Source of the DNA: Calcarisporiella thermophila CBS 279.70
Lineage: Eukaryota > Fungi > Calcarisporiellomycota
Reading direction: 5' to 3'
NCBI RefSeq assembly: GCF_041956535.1
Contig: NW_027192195.1
Span: forward strand, 35,731 to 99,730
Length of the DNA stretch: 64,000 bases
The notes under the pieces were generated by a model. That model was given only the letters and a program-made list of their open reading frames with translations. It was not told the DNA's origin and searched no databases. The position numbers and the translations under genes are program-made. Shown piece by piece: positions 11,701 to 23,781 of this stretch (positions are counted from its first letter, which is position 1; the number at the start of each line of letters is the position of its first letter).

Positions 11701-13670
11701 TCATGATCTACTGTGAGTGAGGGTAGGTGTGGAGGTGTCGGAATTCGGGAGATCTGGTAATATCCGCTGCAGGCGAGCTACATCCGGTACCCCAATTTCT
11801 GGTCGGTCAACGCTATTTGTGGGTGCTGTGCTCTCATTGGGTGGAGACGATGTCTCCTCAGAGATTCTAGATGTTTTTTCTAGTGTGGATTTACGGCATC
11901 GATAAAATCCGCAATTCTGAAAGGACAATTATAAAGGATACAACGATTAGCATTGTGATGATACAGTATTTATATTGGTGGGTTGTTTTACCTCCGACCA
12001 TGCACTCCGACACATCCAGCAGAAGCGGTACCCACAGTGCAAGCAGTCCACTTTGTTGCATCCATCGTCTCTGTGTATTAATATCGAGCAGTGTGGGCAT
12101 GATCGGCTGTTGTCAAGCTTCCATCGCAAGCTCTCTGCATCGATTTTGTTCGTTAGACCAGAAGCTTTCCACTGCATATACTCCACACAGGTGCGCCCGG
12201 AATGGTGTGTCGTCTCACCGCATTGGAGGCATATCGATCGATCACAAGACGAGCTAAAAAATTTCAGATGGGTTAAAGGCTGTAAAATTACAAAAAGATA
12301 TCTAAGAAGAGCGTTTCTCTACCAGAAAGTTTGTGGGAAATTGGCCACATGTGCAAATTGAAGTTCTTTCCAGTGCTCAGGTCTCCGCTCAAGAGCTAGA
12401 AGTTTTGACGAGATAGAAGCAGCTCGCAGGCGATCAGTATGATCCATACTCGTCCTAAAATAAATAACCCTTGAGTGTCCAATAATACACATTCCACTAA
12501 GAGAGAGGTTTACCCAAGTTGTCTCACTAGCTCTGGTAGTAAGGTATAGTAAATATCCGCAATATAGTAGCCATGCGAGAGGTGTTTCCGGCAATCTTCA
12601 GCAAGCCGCTCGCAGACCCTCAGGGAATCTTTATTAGTTAGGTCGCCAAAAAACTCAGACGTCTGGCGTACAATTTCAGCGAGGATTCTATATAGTAATA
12701 TTCTTTTCATTAGCTATATATAATTTTTTAAATAAAAAAAGACCAAGCATCGTACTTCTTCTTCTCAGCGCCCTCTGCCTTGTTCAATGAAGCAGCAACT
12801 ACTTCACCGCCACATTCTCCGCAATATCGTGAGAATGCTCGGAATGGTTGGTTAAAGTTGTTGTACATTTCAACCACATGTGGTTCAACGTACTGCCAAA
12901 AAAAAAAATCATTAGCTTGTTAACATTTTGCTGGCTTGTGGTTTAGTATAATGTATTTACTCTGCTCCATTCCGCCTGGGGAATAATATCCTGGCAAACA
13001 GGGCATTTAATCTTGGTGACATTTAATCCCCATGAACTTTTTACAACTTCCGTGACATATCTTCAAAGAAGAAGGGGTAGTATTAAATCAGATAAGTATG
13101 GAGCATCTTTAACAAAGATAAAAGGATAACGATTCCTTACCGCTTGAAACATTCCTCACAAAACTGATCTCGACAAAATGTTAAACAAAGGTCTAATTGT
13201 GCATCAAAGCAAATGGAACAACGTTGCATCCAATACTCCAGCCTTTCTCTTGATTGCCTTGACCCACCACTCAATACATCCCCAGCAAGCAAAGCAATGG
13301 CACGATGGGCAACAAAGGTTAATGAGCGCAGAAGGAATGCCGGTAGAAGCAGTGCAAGAATGATAAGTGTAACAAGAGAAGTGGCATACATGATTAGCGT
13401 ATTAAAGAGGGAAACGGGCGAGAGCCAGAGGGGTAGTAGGTTGGAGAAAAGCCGCTGTCTAAACTTAGTGTCGTTAAATTGCATGGAGGTAGCCTTGTCA
13501 TCCATTGGTGAAGAGGGAGGAGAAACGCCTTCAATGACGGTGGCGTTGTCGTTGCTAGAGGTGAAAAAGCGGAAAGCGATGGGGAGGAGAGAGAGGAATG
13601 AACCTGCGTCTGGCTCAGCAGCGTTGGCAAAGGAAGATTTCTGATCCAAGGTCCACACAGAGTCCTGCAT
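11701..13670 (-). CDS. RBR (RING1-IBR-RING2)-type E3 ubiquitin ligase with an N-terminal hydrophobic segment (multi-exon)
   Basis: RING1 CSICFD...C..C.DQFCEECF...IKCPVC; GETTHHSGRTC; RING2 CPHCSILIHRDDGCNKVDCLHCGYRFCWMC with the catalytic Cys in GCNK. Confidence 0.82.
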
Positions 13671-14107
13671 TATACTCTTATTGGCAATTATTACAAGCGT
13701 TGTATTGTATGTATGGCAATGTCAATGCCAGCGCTGTCATTCGGACTATGTCCTTAATTAATTCTAAATGAAAGTGCTTACGAGACAATATAAGGGCGAA
13801 ATGTCAGTAAAATGTGAACAAAAAGAACAAAAAAAGCAGAGGAAAAAAAAAACAGGGAGAAACAAGACATGAGTGGAAAAACTATCCAGTAATATTATTA
13901 TGGTTATACTGCTAACTCATTGTTCTAGGTAGGCGGTCCTCGTGAGCTTTGTCCTACGTCTTCATATCCGTTTTTTTTAAATCTCATCTGCCCTATGCCT
14001 AATCGTGGCGCAGCCTTTGTTTTCACACCTACCACGTTTGCGAGATAGAACTTGTTCGAGGTTGAATAAAAAAGAGGAGTGTAATACACGCGAAATCCCA
14101 CACTATT

Positions 14108-16331
14108 ATGTCCTTATCCCCCTCGGTTCATCAGACCGCTTCCAACATCAGGGGCGCTGCTGTGAATTCTACCAATCATCCCGAGGCGGTGACTCCCCCT
14201 TCGTCGTCGGCTGCCAAAAGTTTCTTTGCCGAAAAAAGCTGGAAATTTTACACTACCATCGCTCTAGCTGTCGTTGTGGCGGGCGCGGGCTACTGGTATC
14301 TAACGGCATCCTCTTCTGCTATACTGCCGAAATCTGCACGGAAGAAGAAGAAGGCAGAGAAGAAGGCAAGTAAGGGGAAAAAAGATTCAGCTAGCGTAAA
14401 AGATGCAAAAGGTAATATTTTTTGTTTTATTAATCTTGTGAATATTAGGCGTTTGACTCTAATTCCATACTCTTGATGACTAGGCGATGACTTGTTAAAT
14501 CTATCTGAAGAGGAAATTGAGAGTTTGTCTAAAAAAGTGCGTTATTTCTTATTCATTAACAATTTTTTATAAACGCTAACCCCTATCCTCTATTCTTACT
14601 GGTGATTAGGAACGAACTGACGCCGCCCAATCCCTCAAAACCACCGGGAATGCAAAATTTGGTGCTAAACAATACCAGGAAGCTATCATTTACTATTCCA
14701 AAGCGATTGAATTCCACCCCGATCCTGTTTATTATGGGAACCGTGCTGCCTGTTACGCAAATATTGGTGAAATCGAAAAGGTGATCTCGGACTGCAATGA
14801 AGCGTTGTCAATGGATCCGGTATATATTAAAGCACTGAACAGGAGAGCTCAGGCTTATGAAAAGTTAGAGGAGGATGAAAGTGCCCTATATGGTAAGTCG
14901 TCCACTAATTCAATTCTAATCTCAAAAGCAGTTTGTTGAGCTAAAGAATTGACTTTTTTCTCAGATTTCATGGCCGTTTGTATCCTTGACGGATTCAAGA
15001 ATGAGGTTGCTGCCGCTTCCATGGAAAGAATGATTAAGAAAGTGGCTGAGAAGAAAGCGAAGGAGATGTGGATTGTAATTGTTTTTTTCCAAGGAATAAC
15101 TAGAACGCTGAAGCACTCACAAAATTTTATGTTTACACATTCTAGAACAAGAAGCCAAAATTACCTTCAAAAACATTTATTAGTACCTATTTTGATTCCT
15201 ACCGCAAAGAGACCGATGGCCTTGAAAGCCTCTCCGAAACTGACGACAGCGGTGATGCCTACTACTTACGTGCTCGCAACTTCCTTAACCTGAGCAAATA
15301 TGAAGAAGCAATGCAAGCCTGCTTCACAGCTTTGGAACGTGGGTGCGAAAAATGGAGTGCTCAAGCCTCCACATTGAAAGGCACTTTCCTATCCCTGCAG
15401 GGTAATTCACAAGAGGCTTTAGAGTACTTCAAGAAGGCAATCGAGTTTGATCCAAAATACACTAAGAGCTATATTAAAAGCGCTGGACTATATCTTGAGC
15501 AAAGTATGCTGGACTATTATTTAGTACCTATTTGTAATGCTTAACCATTACCTTATCTTTTAGACGACTCTGTCACCGCGTTCAAGCAATTTGATGATGC
15601 AATTGCAATCGATCCTAATGATCCGGACATCTACTTCCATCGCGGACAACTGCATTTCCTTACTGGCGATCTTGCTGCCGCAACGAAAGATTATGCTCAC
15701 AGCATTCAACTCGACCCGGATTTCCCCTATGGGCATATCCAGCTGGCAATTGCGCAGTACCGCCAAGGATCCGTGTCCGCGGCAACAACGACGTTCCGTC
15801 AAGCCCTAAAGCAATTCCCGCGATCCCTAGAAGTGCTGAACTATTATGGGGAAGTATTGCTGGATCAGCAGAAATTTAGTGAAGCGCAGGAATGGTTTGA
15901 AAAAGCAAGGGAGATGGACAAGACCAACCCGTTGCCCCTTGTGAACCTTGGTCATGTGGCATTGCAGAGAGATCAAGACTTCAAAAAGGCAGAAGAATAT
16001 TGTCTCGAGGCTCTTAAAGGTAAAAAAATATTGCCCCTCCTTATCTTGAAGTTCTTTTACGGATGTGTTGAATTTTTCCGCTTTCCCCCTCTTGAATATC
16101 TTAGTGGATCCGGATTCGGATGTCGTCCTTGCCACCTATTCTCATCTCCTCATGCAGCAAGGCCGCCAAACAGACGCCAAACCTTACATGGAGCGCTCAA
16201 TTTCCCAAGCTCGCACCGAATCGGAACTGGCGCAAGCTCTCCAATTCCTGCTTGCCACCCAGGCGCAGGAGGAATTCATGAAAAGGTATCCTGAACATGC
16301 CGCACGTTTGAGCGCAATGGCGGGACTGTGA
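14108..16331 (+). CDS. TOM70: Mitochondrial import receptor Tom70 (TPR protein, multi-exon)
   Basis: N-terminal TM anchor (IALAVVVAGAGYWYL) plus basic patch; TPR clamp LKTTGNAKF...YYGNRAACY...YIKALNRRAQAYE; further TPRs (YFHRGQ, NYYGEVLLDQQKF). Confidence 0.93.
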
Positions 16332-17200
16332 AAATATATATACTCTAATGTCAAAAACAGGGCTTGGGGTCTTTGGTGCTTATCCTCTACTTATTTTCTT
16401 TATTTTCCCTTCGTGCTTGACATTTAATGCACTTTTATCTCGATATAGAATTTATCTTACTTTAAAATATATAACGCCCTTGCTTTTTAAAGTTGGTTCC
16501 TGGAAGAACGGCTTCTTATCAAATGCAAGCACTAGGAAGCAATTATCTAAAGATTCAAATTCGAATTTGACAAACAGTTTTGTCTGCAGTTCGAACTGCC
16601 TATCTGCTTACTAGTGTTTGGTGCTCCAATCCTTGATAATATTGATGTAGAAGGCGGGAGTCAAGACTGAGCAGGAAAAAAAGTCTGCGTCAAAGACTTG
16701 ACTTTGAAGAATAAGCAATTGTCTCGGTAGAAGCTAACGCGCAGTAATATCGCCACGCAAATGATTCCGCGAGTTTTCATTGTGACTCTGAGCTTTCCCT
16801 CTGCGAATAGCCGTATCCCTGCTGTCCCCAGTTTGCGGCCGAGCTTGGAATACACCGGCCTTGAGATTTCTGTGCGAATGTTCGTTATTCATTTTTTTTT
16901 TCTCAGCATATCCTGACACCTGATGCGGCCGCCATTCGGGTTGAGCCATTTAGATTCGGGCGTACTCTCATCCGGATTTGACTAGCACAGTATACCAGAG
17001 GGGCTGAGAAGATGGTTTGGTACAACCCCCACAAAAGCTTCTTTTGGAATTTGACAGAATATAATGCTCGGCTGGATTGAATCTAGAGAAAAATTTTTGG
17101 AGAATTTTTTTTCTCTGGGGTATTAAATCACTAGCATCATTTTCTTCTTTTCCTTGCATTCTCTTTATTCCTCGTAGGCCATCCTTTACGCTCGAGAAAG

Positions 17201-17872
17201 ATGCTAAACATCTTCAACAGGCTAAAATCCCCTAACGGCAAATCCTTGCCTTGCCTCACTCGCCTTCACATCCTCTCACTAGATAACTTCCCCCTCCTTC
17301 AACTCCATTGCACGTACATGGTCATCTATCGTGTCTATTGCCCCTCATATCCTCTCTCCCAGCTCACAGGTCGAACCCATCAGGTCTCGCTCCAAAACTA
17401 CTGCGCAAAATGGGACATGTGCGTGAATGGGCGAGTACGGATACCGATTATCGAAGAAGAAAAGTATAGGACTGAGGGATTGGGGCCATGCTTTTTGGAG
17501 ATGCGTATTATGCAACTCCTTAATGGAAAAAGTACGCCTCTAGGTCATGTGAGAATCAATCTGGCGCAATATGTTGGCGGCAACGAACACATTAGTGGGC
17601 CTCGAAGATACCGCCTACAAGGCACTGTATACCCCCGCGCGACTCTTTTATTGGATCTTAGCGTTGAACCAGAAAACACACAGGAGCTACAAACAAAAAA
17701 ATATCGCATTCCTCCTCTTGATAGGTCGCTCCTAGTGCCCAATGAACTGGATTTGTTGGAGATCCTCAAACGTGAGCAAGAGTCGCGTCGCCGACAAAAG
17801 AGATTGCAGAAGAATCGATGTCACCGTCGTGAAAATGTGCAGCCGGTGGCAATAGCAGAAATAAATTATTGA
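17201..17872 (+). CDS. NT-C2 (EEIG1/EHBP1 N-terminal C2) domain protein
   Basis: LGHVRINLAQYV...RRYRLQ...ATLLLDL pattern of the NT-C2 family; intronless 223 aa. Confidence 0.72.
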   Translation: MLNIFNRLKSPNGKSLPCLTRLHILSLDNFPLLQLHCTYMVIYRVYCPSYPLSQLTGRTHQVSLQNYCAKWDMCVNGRVRIPIIEEEKYRTEGLGPCFLEMRIMQLLNGKSTPLGHVRINLAQYVGGNEHISGPRRYRLQGTVYPRATLLLDLSVEPENTQELQTKKYRIPPLDRSLLVPNELDLLEILKREQESRRRQKRLQKNRCHRRENVQPVAIAEINY

Positions 17873-18098
17873 ACACTAGCATCAGCTGGTCAAAAGTCAT
17901 GTATGTTTCTACTACATGTATTTATTCCCAATCCTCCTACCCCTCTCCCATCACTTCATCATTGGTATTTTTTTGTCATTCTCGTCAGATTTGCGCATTG
18001 TACCTGGTTGTCTAATCCTCCCTCTTGTCTGGTGTCTCATTATGCAATATATTTATAGAGTAATAGTGAATAAAAAAAGTACAATAAGATAATAATGT

Positions 18099-19128
18099 CT
18101 ATCGCAATGATTTGCGCTGTTCCTGCAGCTCTTTTTCTGCAAGCTTGCGAGCCTTGACTGCTCGATATGTTGCAATTGCTCGCTCTCGCTCCGACTCCAG
18201 TTGTTTTCTTGCCGCCATACTCATATTCTTCAATTTCCGATTATTTCTTGCCTTCACTTCCTTCACTAACTCGTCCTCCTCCGATGAATAGGCTTTTGCT
18301 TCTTCCTGCTCTTTGGCTTCAAGAGTGCGTTTACCTGCACCTCTGGCTTTAGGAGTAGTGAGGGTTGGCGGTGCAGGCGCAACTTCACCAAACTTGACCT
18401 CATCATGCAACTGGTGGAAGTCGCGCGCACTAGCTTCTTCTAGGAGTGCATCATGTTTGGCAAGCTTAGCAAGTTTACGTTTCTCTCTATACCTAGTATG
18501 GGAGTGTATGAGGGATATGTGATTTAGCAGTGACGAGGCCCATCAAGAATAATTTCAACCCACTTTCTTCTCTTCTCTGTTGTTCTTCCTTGCCGAACGG
18601 AATGCAGAATCTCCTCACGCATTTGCTCATCAACTCGCCTTGAAAGTACAGTGTAAGCTACATTTAATTAGAATAGCCATAAAGATATACTCTCTTACTT
18701 GCTAAAGTCGGAGAACTTTTCTCCAGGCTGTAGTAATAATAATTTTCTTTTTTCTTTATCATCCTAGCAACAATAATAATAGATCAGCGGGCTGCATTAT
18801 AGAAGGAAAATAATGTCACTAAATAAATCATGGAACCTGATTTACATTTTGTTTTGATTCACCCTGTTTTGAATCTTTTGAACTCTTATTGTCCTTTGCT
18901 GCCTTTATTTCTCTAGCTTCCCGCTGTTTCTTCTCCATTATCTCTCGGGCCTTCATCATAAAGACAAATCCTCGAGGAGCATCGCGTTTGGTCTTGACGG
19001 ATTGTGGCTCTAGATTGATACTGCGAAACAGGGGAATGTAAGAATCAGTGAATGATATAAAGGTAAATGAGTGGTCACCTTTGTTTTTCTTGCTGGCGAA
19101 TGGAGGCCTTCTTTCGTTTATGTGGCAT
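18099..19128 (-). CDS. CCDC137-like basic coiled-coil (nucleolar-type) protein (multi-exon)
   Basis: MPHKRKK start, DAPRGF, LQPGEKFSDF..RVD, DEVKFGEVAPAPPTL and ERERAIATYR motifs after splicing. Confidence 0.75.
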
Positions 19129-19462
19129 TTCTTTCAAGGGAGAATTAAGAATATGGAAAGAATTGTTTACGAGCAATTAATTCGAGACTGCTCTTTCATT
19201 TTAAGCCTGTTGAGCTTTTTATTCTAAGTCGTCGACCTAATGGTCAATTACAATTTTCAAGAGAGGATTGTTTAAATAGTGTTTGCAGATTGAGCAATTA
19301 ATTTCATTGACCATTACCCAAAGTGCAATCGATTCATAGGATTCATCATTAAATATAGCCGGGATTAATCAGAATAAAGGATTCGAGAGAGCGGGGAAAA
19401 CAAAATGAATAAATACAGGTACAATACTTGATATAATCCAAACACCGTTAGGGATTCCTCCT

Positions 19463-19904
19463 CTACCATTCTACATCTCTACTTTTCATTTTCGATCCGT
19501 CTGCGTTCACTCTCTCGCTGGGCTTCTTTCCTACGTTTATGTGCTCAAATGGACAGTGCCTGCATTTGTTGCCACAACAATAGCCACGCTTTTTATGGGA
19601 GAGTGCAGTCATAACGGTGTATCCAGTGGCTGGATCTTTGTAGGTCATCTCTCCATTCTAAAAGGATTTGAAATTAATATTTTTTGTGCGTTAATTGGAA
19701 TAAGATTGCGATGATGTTTCCTACCTCGCATGCCAAACGATGTACTTCCACCCACTCTGGGGTTGCTTCTTGTTTAGGAGGGACAGAATTGGGTATCTTC
19801 TGGAATGTGGACTGGGGTGACATCAATGATATAGAGGCAGGAGAAAAAGATGGGGTCATGAGACGGTTTGGTCGATTCACCATTCGGAGGAGACAATTTG
19901 ACAT
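19463..19904 (-). CDS. DUF5522 / C1orf53-like small Cys-rich protein (2 exons)
   Basis: VHRLACE|NGEMTYKDPATGYTVMTALSHKKRGYCCGNKCRHCPF. Confidence 0.85.
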
Positions 19905-20442
19905 AAAGAAATCAAAATACCTCCAAATTGAAATTGAACCTTTTTAGAAATGTCCCCGAAGAAATAATTATACCAAGCTAATTGAGATAACATTTTGAAT
20001 CATAGTATCAATTCAATACAAGGGATAGCTGAGTAAATAGAAAACTTTGAAATAGGTATTTTTCTATTCACAGTCAGAGTTAGAGAGTATGCGTACGAAA
20101 TGGGTATGCCTGATATATATATAATGTGTATATATGAGTTTCCCGAAATAAACAATATATGTGGAATATTAAAAAGAGAGCGATATTAAGGGATAGGTAT
20201 CAACGGATATAAAAGAAGAGGGTAAGGAATAAATAGTATACAATGTAGATAATTGATATGAATATGCCTCTAAACCTAAACTTATGAAAAAAATACGCAC
20301 ACAATAGTAAATAATGGCAACACATTGAAATAGAACACATAGAACAATTAGAACTCCTTGATATTTCCACAACATGTAAGCCAGCGAATATGATGGATGT
20401 CGCCATTTTCCTTCCGAATGTCGGGATGATTAGAACTTCTAT

Positions 20443-20661
20443 TTACATTTTCATTCGCTTACTCGCACGTTCCAAAAACGCAGGCGGAGCTGACAAACTC
20501 CTTCGAACGCGCACGCAGGGGGACGGGGGAGGAGGACAGATATTTTCCTTGTTGGATTCATCAATTACACTACAAATGGGGAGGTTATGGCTAGGTAAAC
20601 GCTTTCGGATGATGCGATGGTGAGCAGAAATAGTGAGGATGTGAGATGATTTCATTGTCAT
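20443..20661 (-). CDS. Hypothetical 72-aa protein with KEN box and RSxSxP motifs
   Basis: ATG-initiated ORF in a GC-richer island within AT-rich flanks; contains SNKENICPP and RRSLSAP. Confidence 0.45.
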   Translation of the reverse strand: MTMKSSHILTISAHHRIIRKRLPSHNLPICSVIDESNKENICPPPPSPCVRVRRSLSAPPAFLERASKRMKM

Positions 20662-21228
20662 TAACTAAAAATAAAAATAGGAAAAATTGGAAAAATAAAT
20701 AAAAAAGTCTATGTTGAAAATCAAAATGATAAAGAAGAGCGGAACAAAAGAACGGACGATCAGAATGGTATAAGGGATATAAAAGAGTGTTTATGTATCA
20801 GTGGAATCAAGCTCTTTGGAAATATTCATAAAATTTTCGGGGCAGATCACTGCATCCAGGCATTGGCTTCGATTGGCCACAAGGCTCGATGATTTAAACC
20901 GGCTGTGATTAAACCAAAAATAACGTATCCTATGCGCAAAATATATATATACGCGAGCTATACAGCCTCCATTTAGCCGCATGCTCCATAATCAAACAAA
21001 ATGCTAACAGTTTGCCAGTATTACGAGTTAGGAATAATCGGGCGGGAGGAGTATTAAATCACGCGCGACATGTACTAACTGTTGCAAGGTAAACTGTCTA
21101 TGATTCAATTCTAGGGTTTGCATTTTATTATTCAAGGTAATAGTTTTAGAGTATATACAAAAAAATTCGAAATAAAACCTGGGTAAAGTCAAATCGATAA
21201 GTCGCAAGACCGTTTTCTATCTCTATAT

Positions 21229-22656
21229 TTAAAAGTTGGATGTAGCGCCCTCTGCCACCGGAACCACCTGGTAAAAAATGGTCATCCCATCCATCTATTA
21301 AAAAACGTTACGATTAGTATTTAGCCTACCAGTCCTACCCTAGGGACAAGGGGCCAATTGCTTACCATATGATCGCTGACATGACAATGGAACTAAGAGT
21401 TCAATTCAAGGTACATTTAGTTAGCAGACTACTAACTACTCCCCCAGGTATTCTTTACTTACCATCCACTCCCCTTGGTTATCTGGTATCATATCTACAA
21501 CCCGAAACGAGGCCGGCATTAAGTCCACGACATCTGTTCGATGCCCATTATAGAGGACAGTTGCTCCATGCCAGTGGGCAGTATGCATATCGAACGAACC
21601 TCCCAGTGACATCACATACCATCGAACCCGCGTACCCAATCCCAGGCTCAGCTCGTCAAGATTGTTATACATGAATCCATTAATGGAGTTCTTGTAGTTG
21701 GATACACGGAAGCCCGGATCTTTTCTGTCCACGCCCCTGGGATCATCACAGTATTCAAGGATATTCTGTTCGAGATACGGGGATCGGTTCTCGTCGATAA
21801 TGATCAGAATGGTAAACACCTCTTGGTCCAAATGACCGGAGGGCATCCCGCGTTCATTGAGCATGCCTGGCCGGTAGATGACCAGCGGACCCATCAAGCC
21901 CGCGTAAATATCACTAAGCTCTTCGACGTGGGAATGATAGGTGTAGAGCACGGACGAGGCATCGGCGGGGCCCGGCCCACTGCGTTCTGGAACTGTCCAC
22001 ACGTATACAAAGGTCTCACCGGGCTTCACAGCGGCACCCGGCTGGTTTTTTGCTTCCGCATGCATAACTCCTTCGTTCTCTCGTGTGTAATGAACCCCAT
22101 GTGGATGCATTGAATATGGTCGGGAGGCCATGTTCTTAAATGTTACTCGTATGGTGTCCCCAACCTCGGCACGAATTACGGGGCCTAAGAGTCCAAGTGA
22201 CCATTCGTGTGTGATTGGATTACGGAAGGTGGCATCCGTATATGAGCGGTATGCCGCTTTCTTGTACGTACTTCCAATACGGTGTGGGCCTTGTACTAGG
22301 AAAGTCCTTGCCCTAGTTTCATTCAGTGGAGCTCCATGGAATCGATCATATTTCATAGGGGCATAATTCCATATGATCTCTTCGGCTGTTATAAAATATT
22401 CTCGTACCTTACCGCCGCCCCCTGCCTTCCCGTCGCCCTTCGCAATAGGATCCTGGTCGAACACCTCTTCCGGGAGGGGTATCCGAGTGGGCTTGGGAGC
22501 AGTTTTTTCAAATTCAGCTCCTTCTTCGGGACCATCGGCCTCAGGACCGTCGTCATCACCGTCACGCTTTGATAATCGAGGCTGAGGAAGTGAGAGAGCT
22601 AGCGCTAAAACACTGAAGAACGATAGGCTTATAAAGAGTAAGTATGGTAATCGCAT
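21229..22656 (-). CDS. Secreted two-domain ceruloplasmin/hephaestin-like multicopper oxidase (~428 aa, 3 exons)
   Basis: Signal peptide + KR; domain 1 REYFITAEE..WNYAP, GLLGPVIRAEVGD, HPHG, YHSH; domain 2 DENRS, SING, HTAHWHG. Micro-exons 21392-21366 and 21294-21229 complete WMFHCHVSDHMMDGM, followed by a stop. Confidence 0.88.
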
Positions 22657-23781
22657 AAGATTATAGAAGTATAGTAGGAAAACGATCAAAAGGGGGTAAA
22701 GTCGGATGCAAAGAAGTGGTTCGAATAAATAGAGGCTCGATACAAAACTTCAATTCGAACCAGCCAAAGAGCAGATAATAAAGGGTGTGGCCTGAACAGA
22801 TCCAAGACGTTACCGGTGCAGATGAGGGCAGTTAAATACTGAATAATAAATTTTATTTTTAGAGAGTGCGGCTTGGTTTGAATCATCACTAGTGAATTCC
22901 CAGAACGATTGGGGTTGTTCACGTTGGCGATTTTCTGATTATTCGATTAAAAATAAGCGACATACTGCAATTGTATTGATTATATTGAGTTTAAAATACC
23001 GCTGACACACTCTAACCAGCTGCGGGAGCCTACTTGGGAATATAGGTTCCATAAAAAGCTATTTATTAAATACAAAGATGTCCATGCTGAATCGTCGGAT
23101 GTGAGATCCGTATGCTATATGAAAAAAAATGATCCGTCTTAATGAAATCTCCTTTCTCCCGGCAATCAGCTCGTCAAGTTCGTCCATTGACTTTCAGCGG
23201 AGGAGAGATTTGAGCAATAAACGATAGAGAAAAATGTTTTAATGCTTTTCCCTTCCTCCGAACTTCGTCATTTCAAGGCTAGGATCAAATCTCACACTTC
23301 GGACATGCAAGCTCCAGACCAGTCATCTGTATATAATAGCACAGAACATATACATTGTTTAAGGATTTTTCCGCCTGATCATGCTCGAAATTACACGCCA
23401 CTTCGTCGATGGATCGTTTACATTGGTGCAAATGATCCAGTGTTAAGCTGGATTAATGGAAGACAAACAGGAATGCTTTGTTTCGGAAAATGTCAACCGA
23501 CTTGACAAGGAGGGGATAGGTGCGTGTTATGTTTATTCTCAAGAAATATCTGCGGCGTTTCTTCTCAATATGCAGCTAATAAACGTGCTAAACTCTACCT
23601 GAGCAAAATGAAATAATGTGACTCTGACACTGTGGTTGTTGGGGGCGGAGGTGTGAACTGAAAAAAAATTTTCCCCCTCTGCTTCTTGCCACAATTCTTA
23701 ATTCTTCATTCACTTTGTCTTGGAATGACCAGGCGGGCGAGATGACTGCCCCCTTTAATCTATAAATACCCTGTCGTCATT

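Noticed and set aside
16660-16905. GC-richer island ending in a T-run between TOM70 and the NT-C2 gene (possible Pol III ncRNA/snoRNA)
   Set aside because: No canonical C/D, H/ACA, RNase P/MRP or tRNA A/B boxes could be assembled; promoter sequence is equally likely. An Infernal/Rfam scan would decide.
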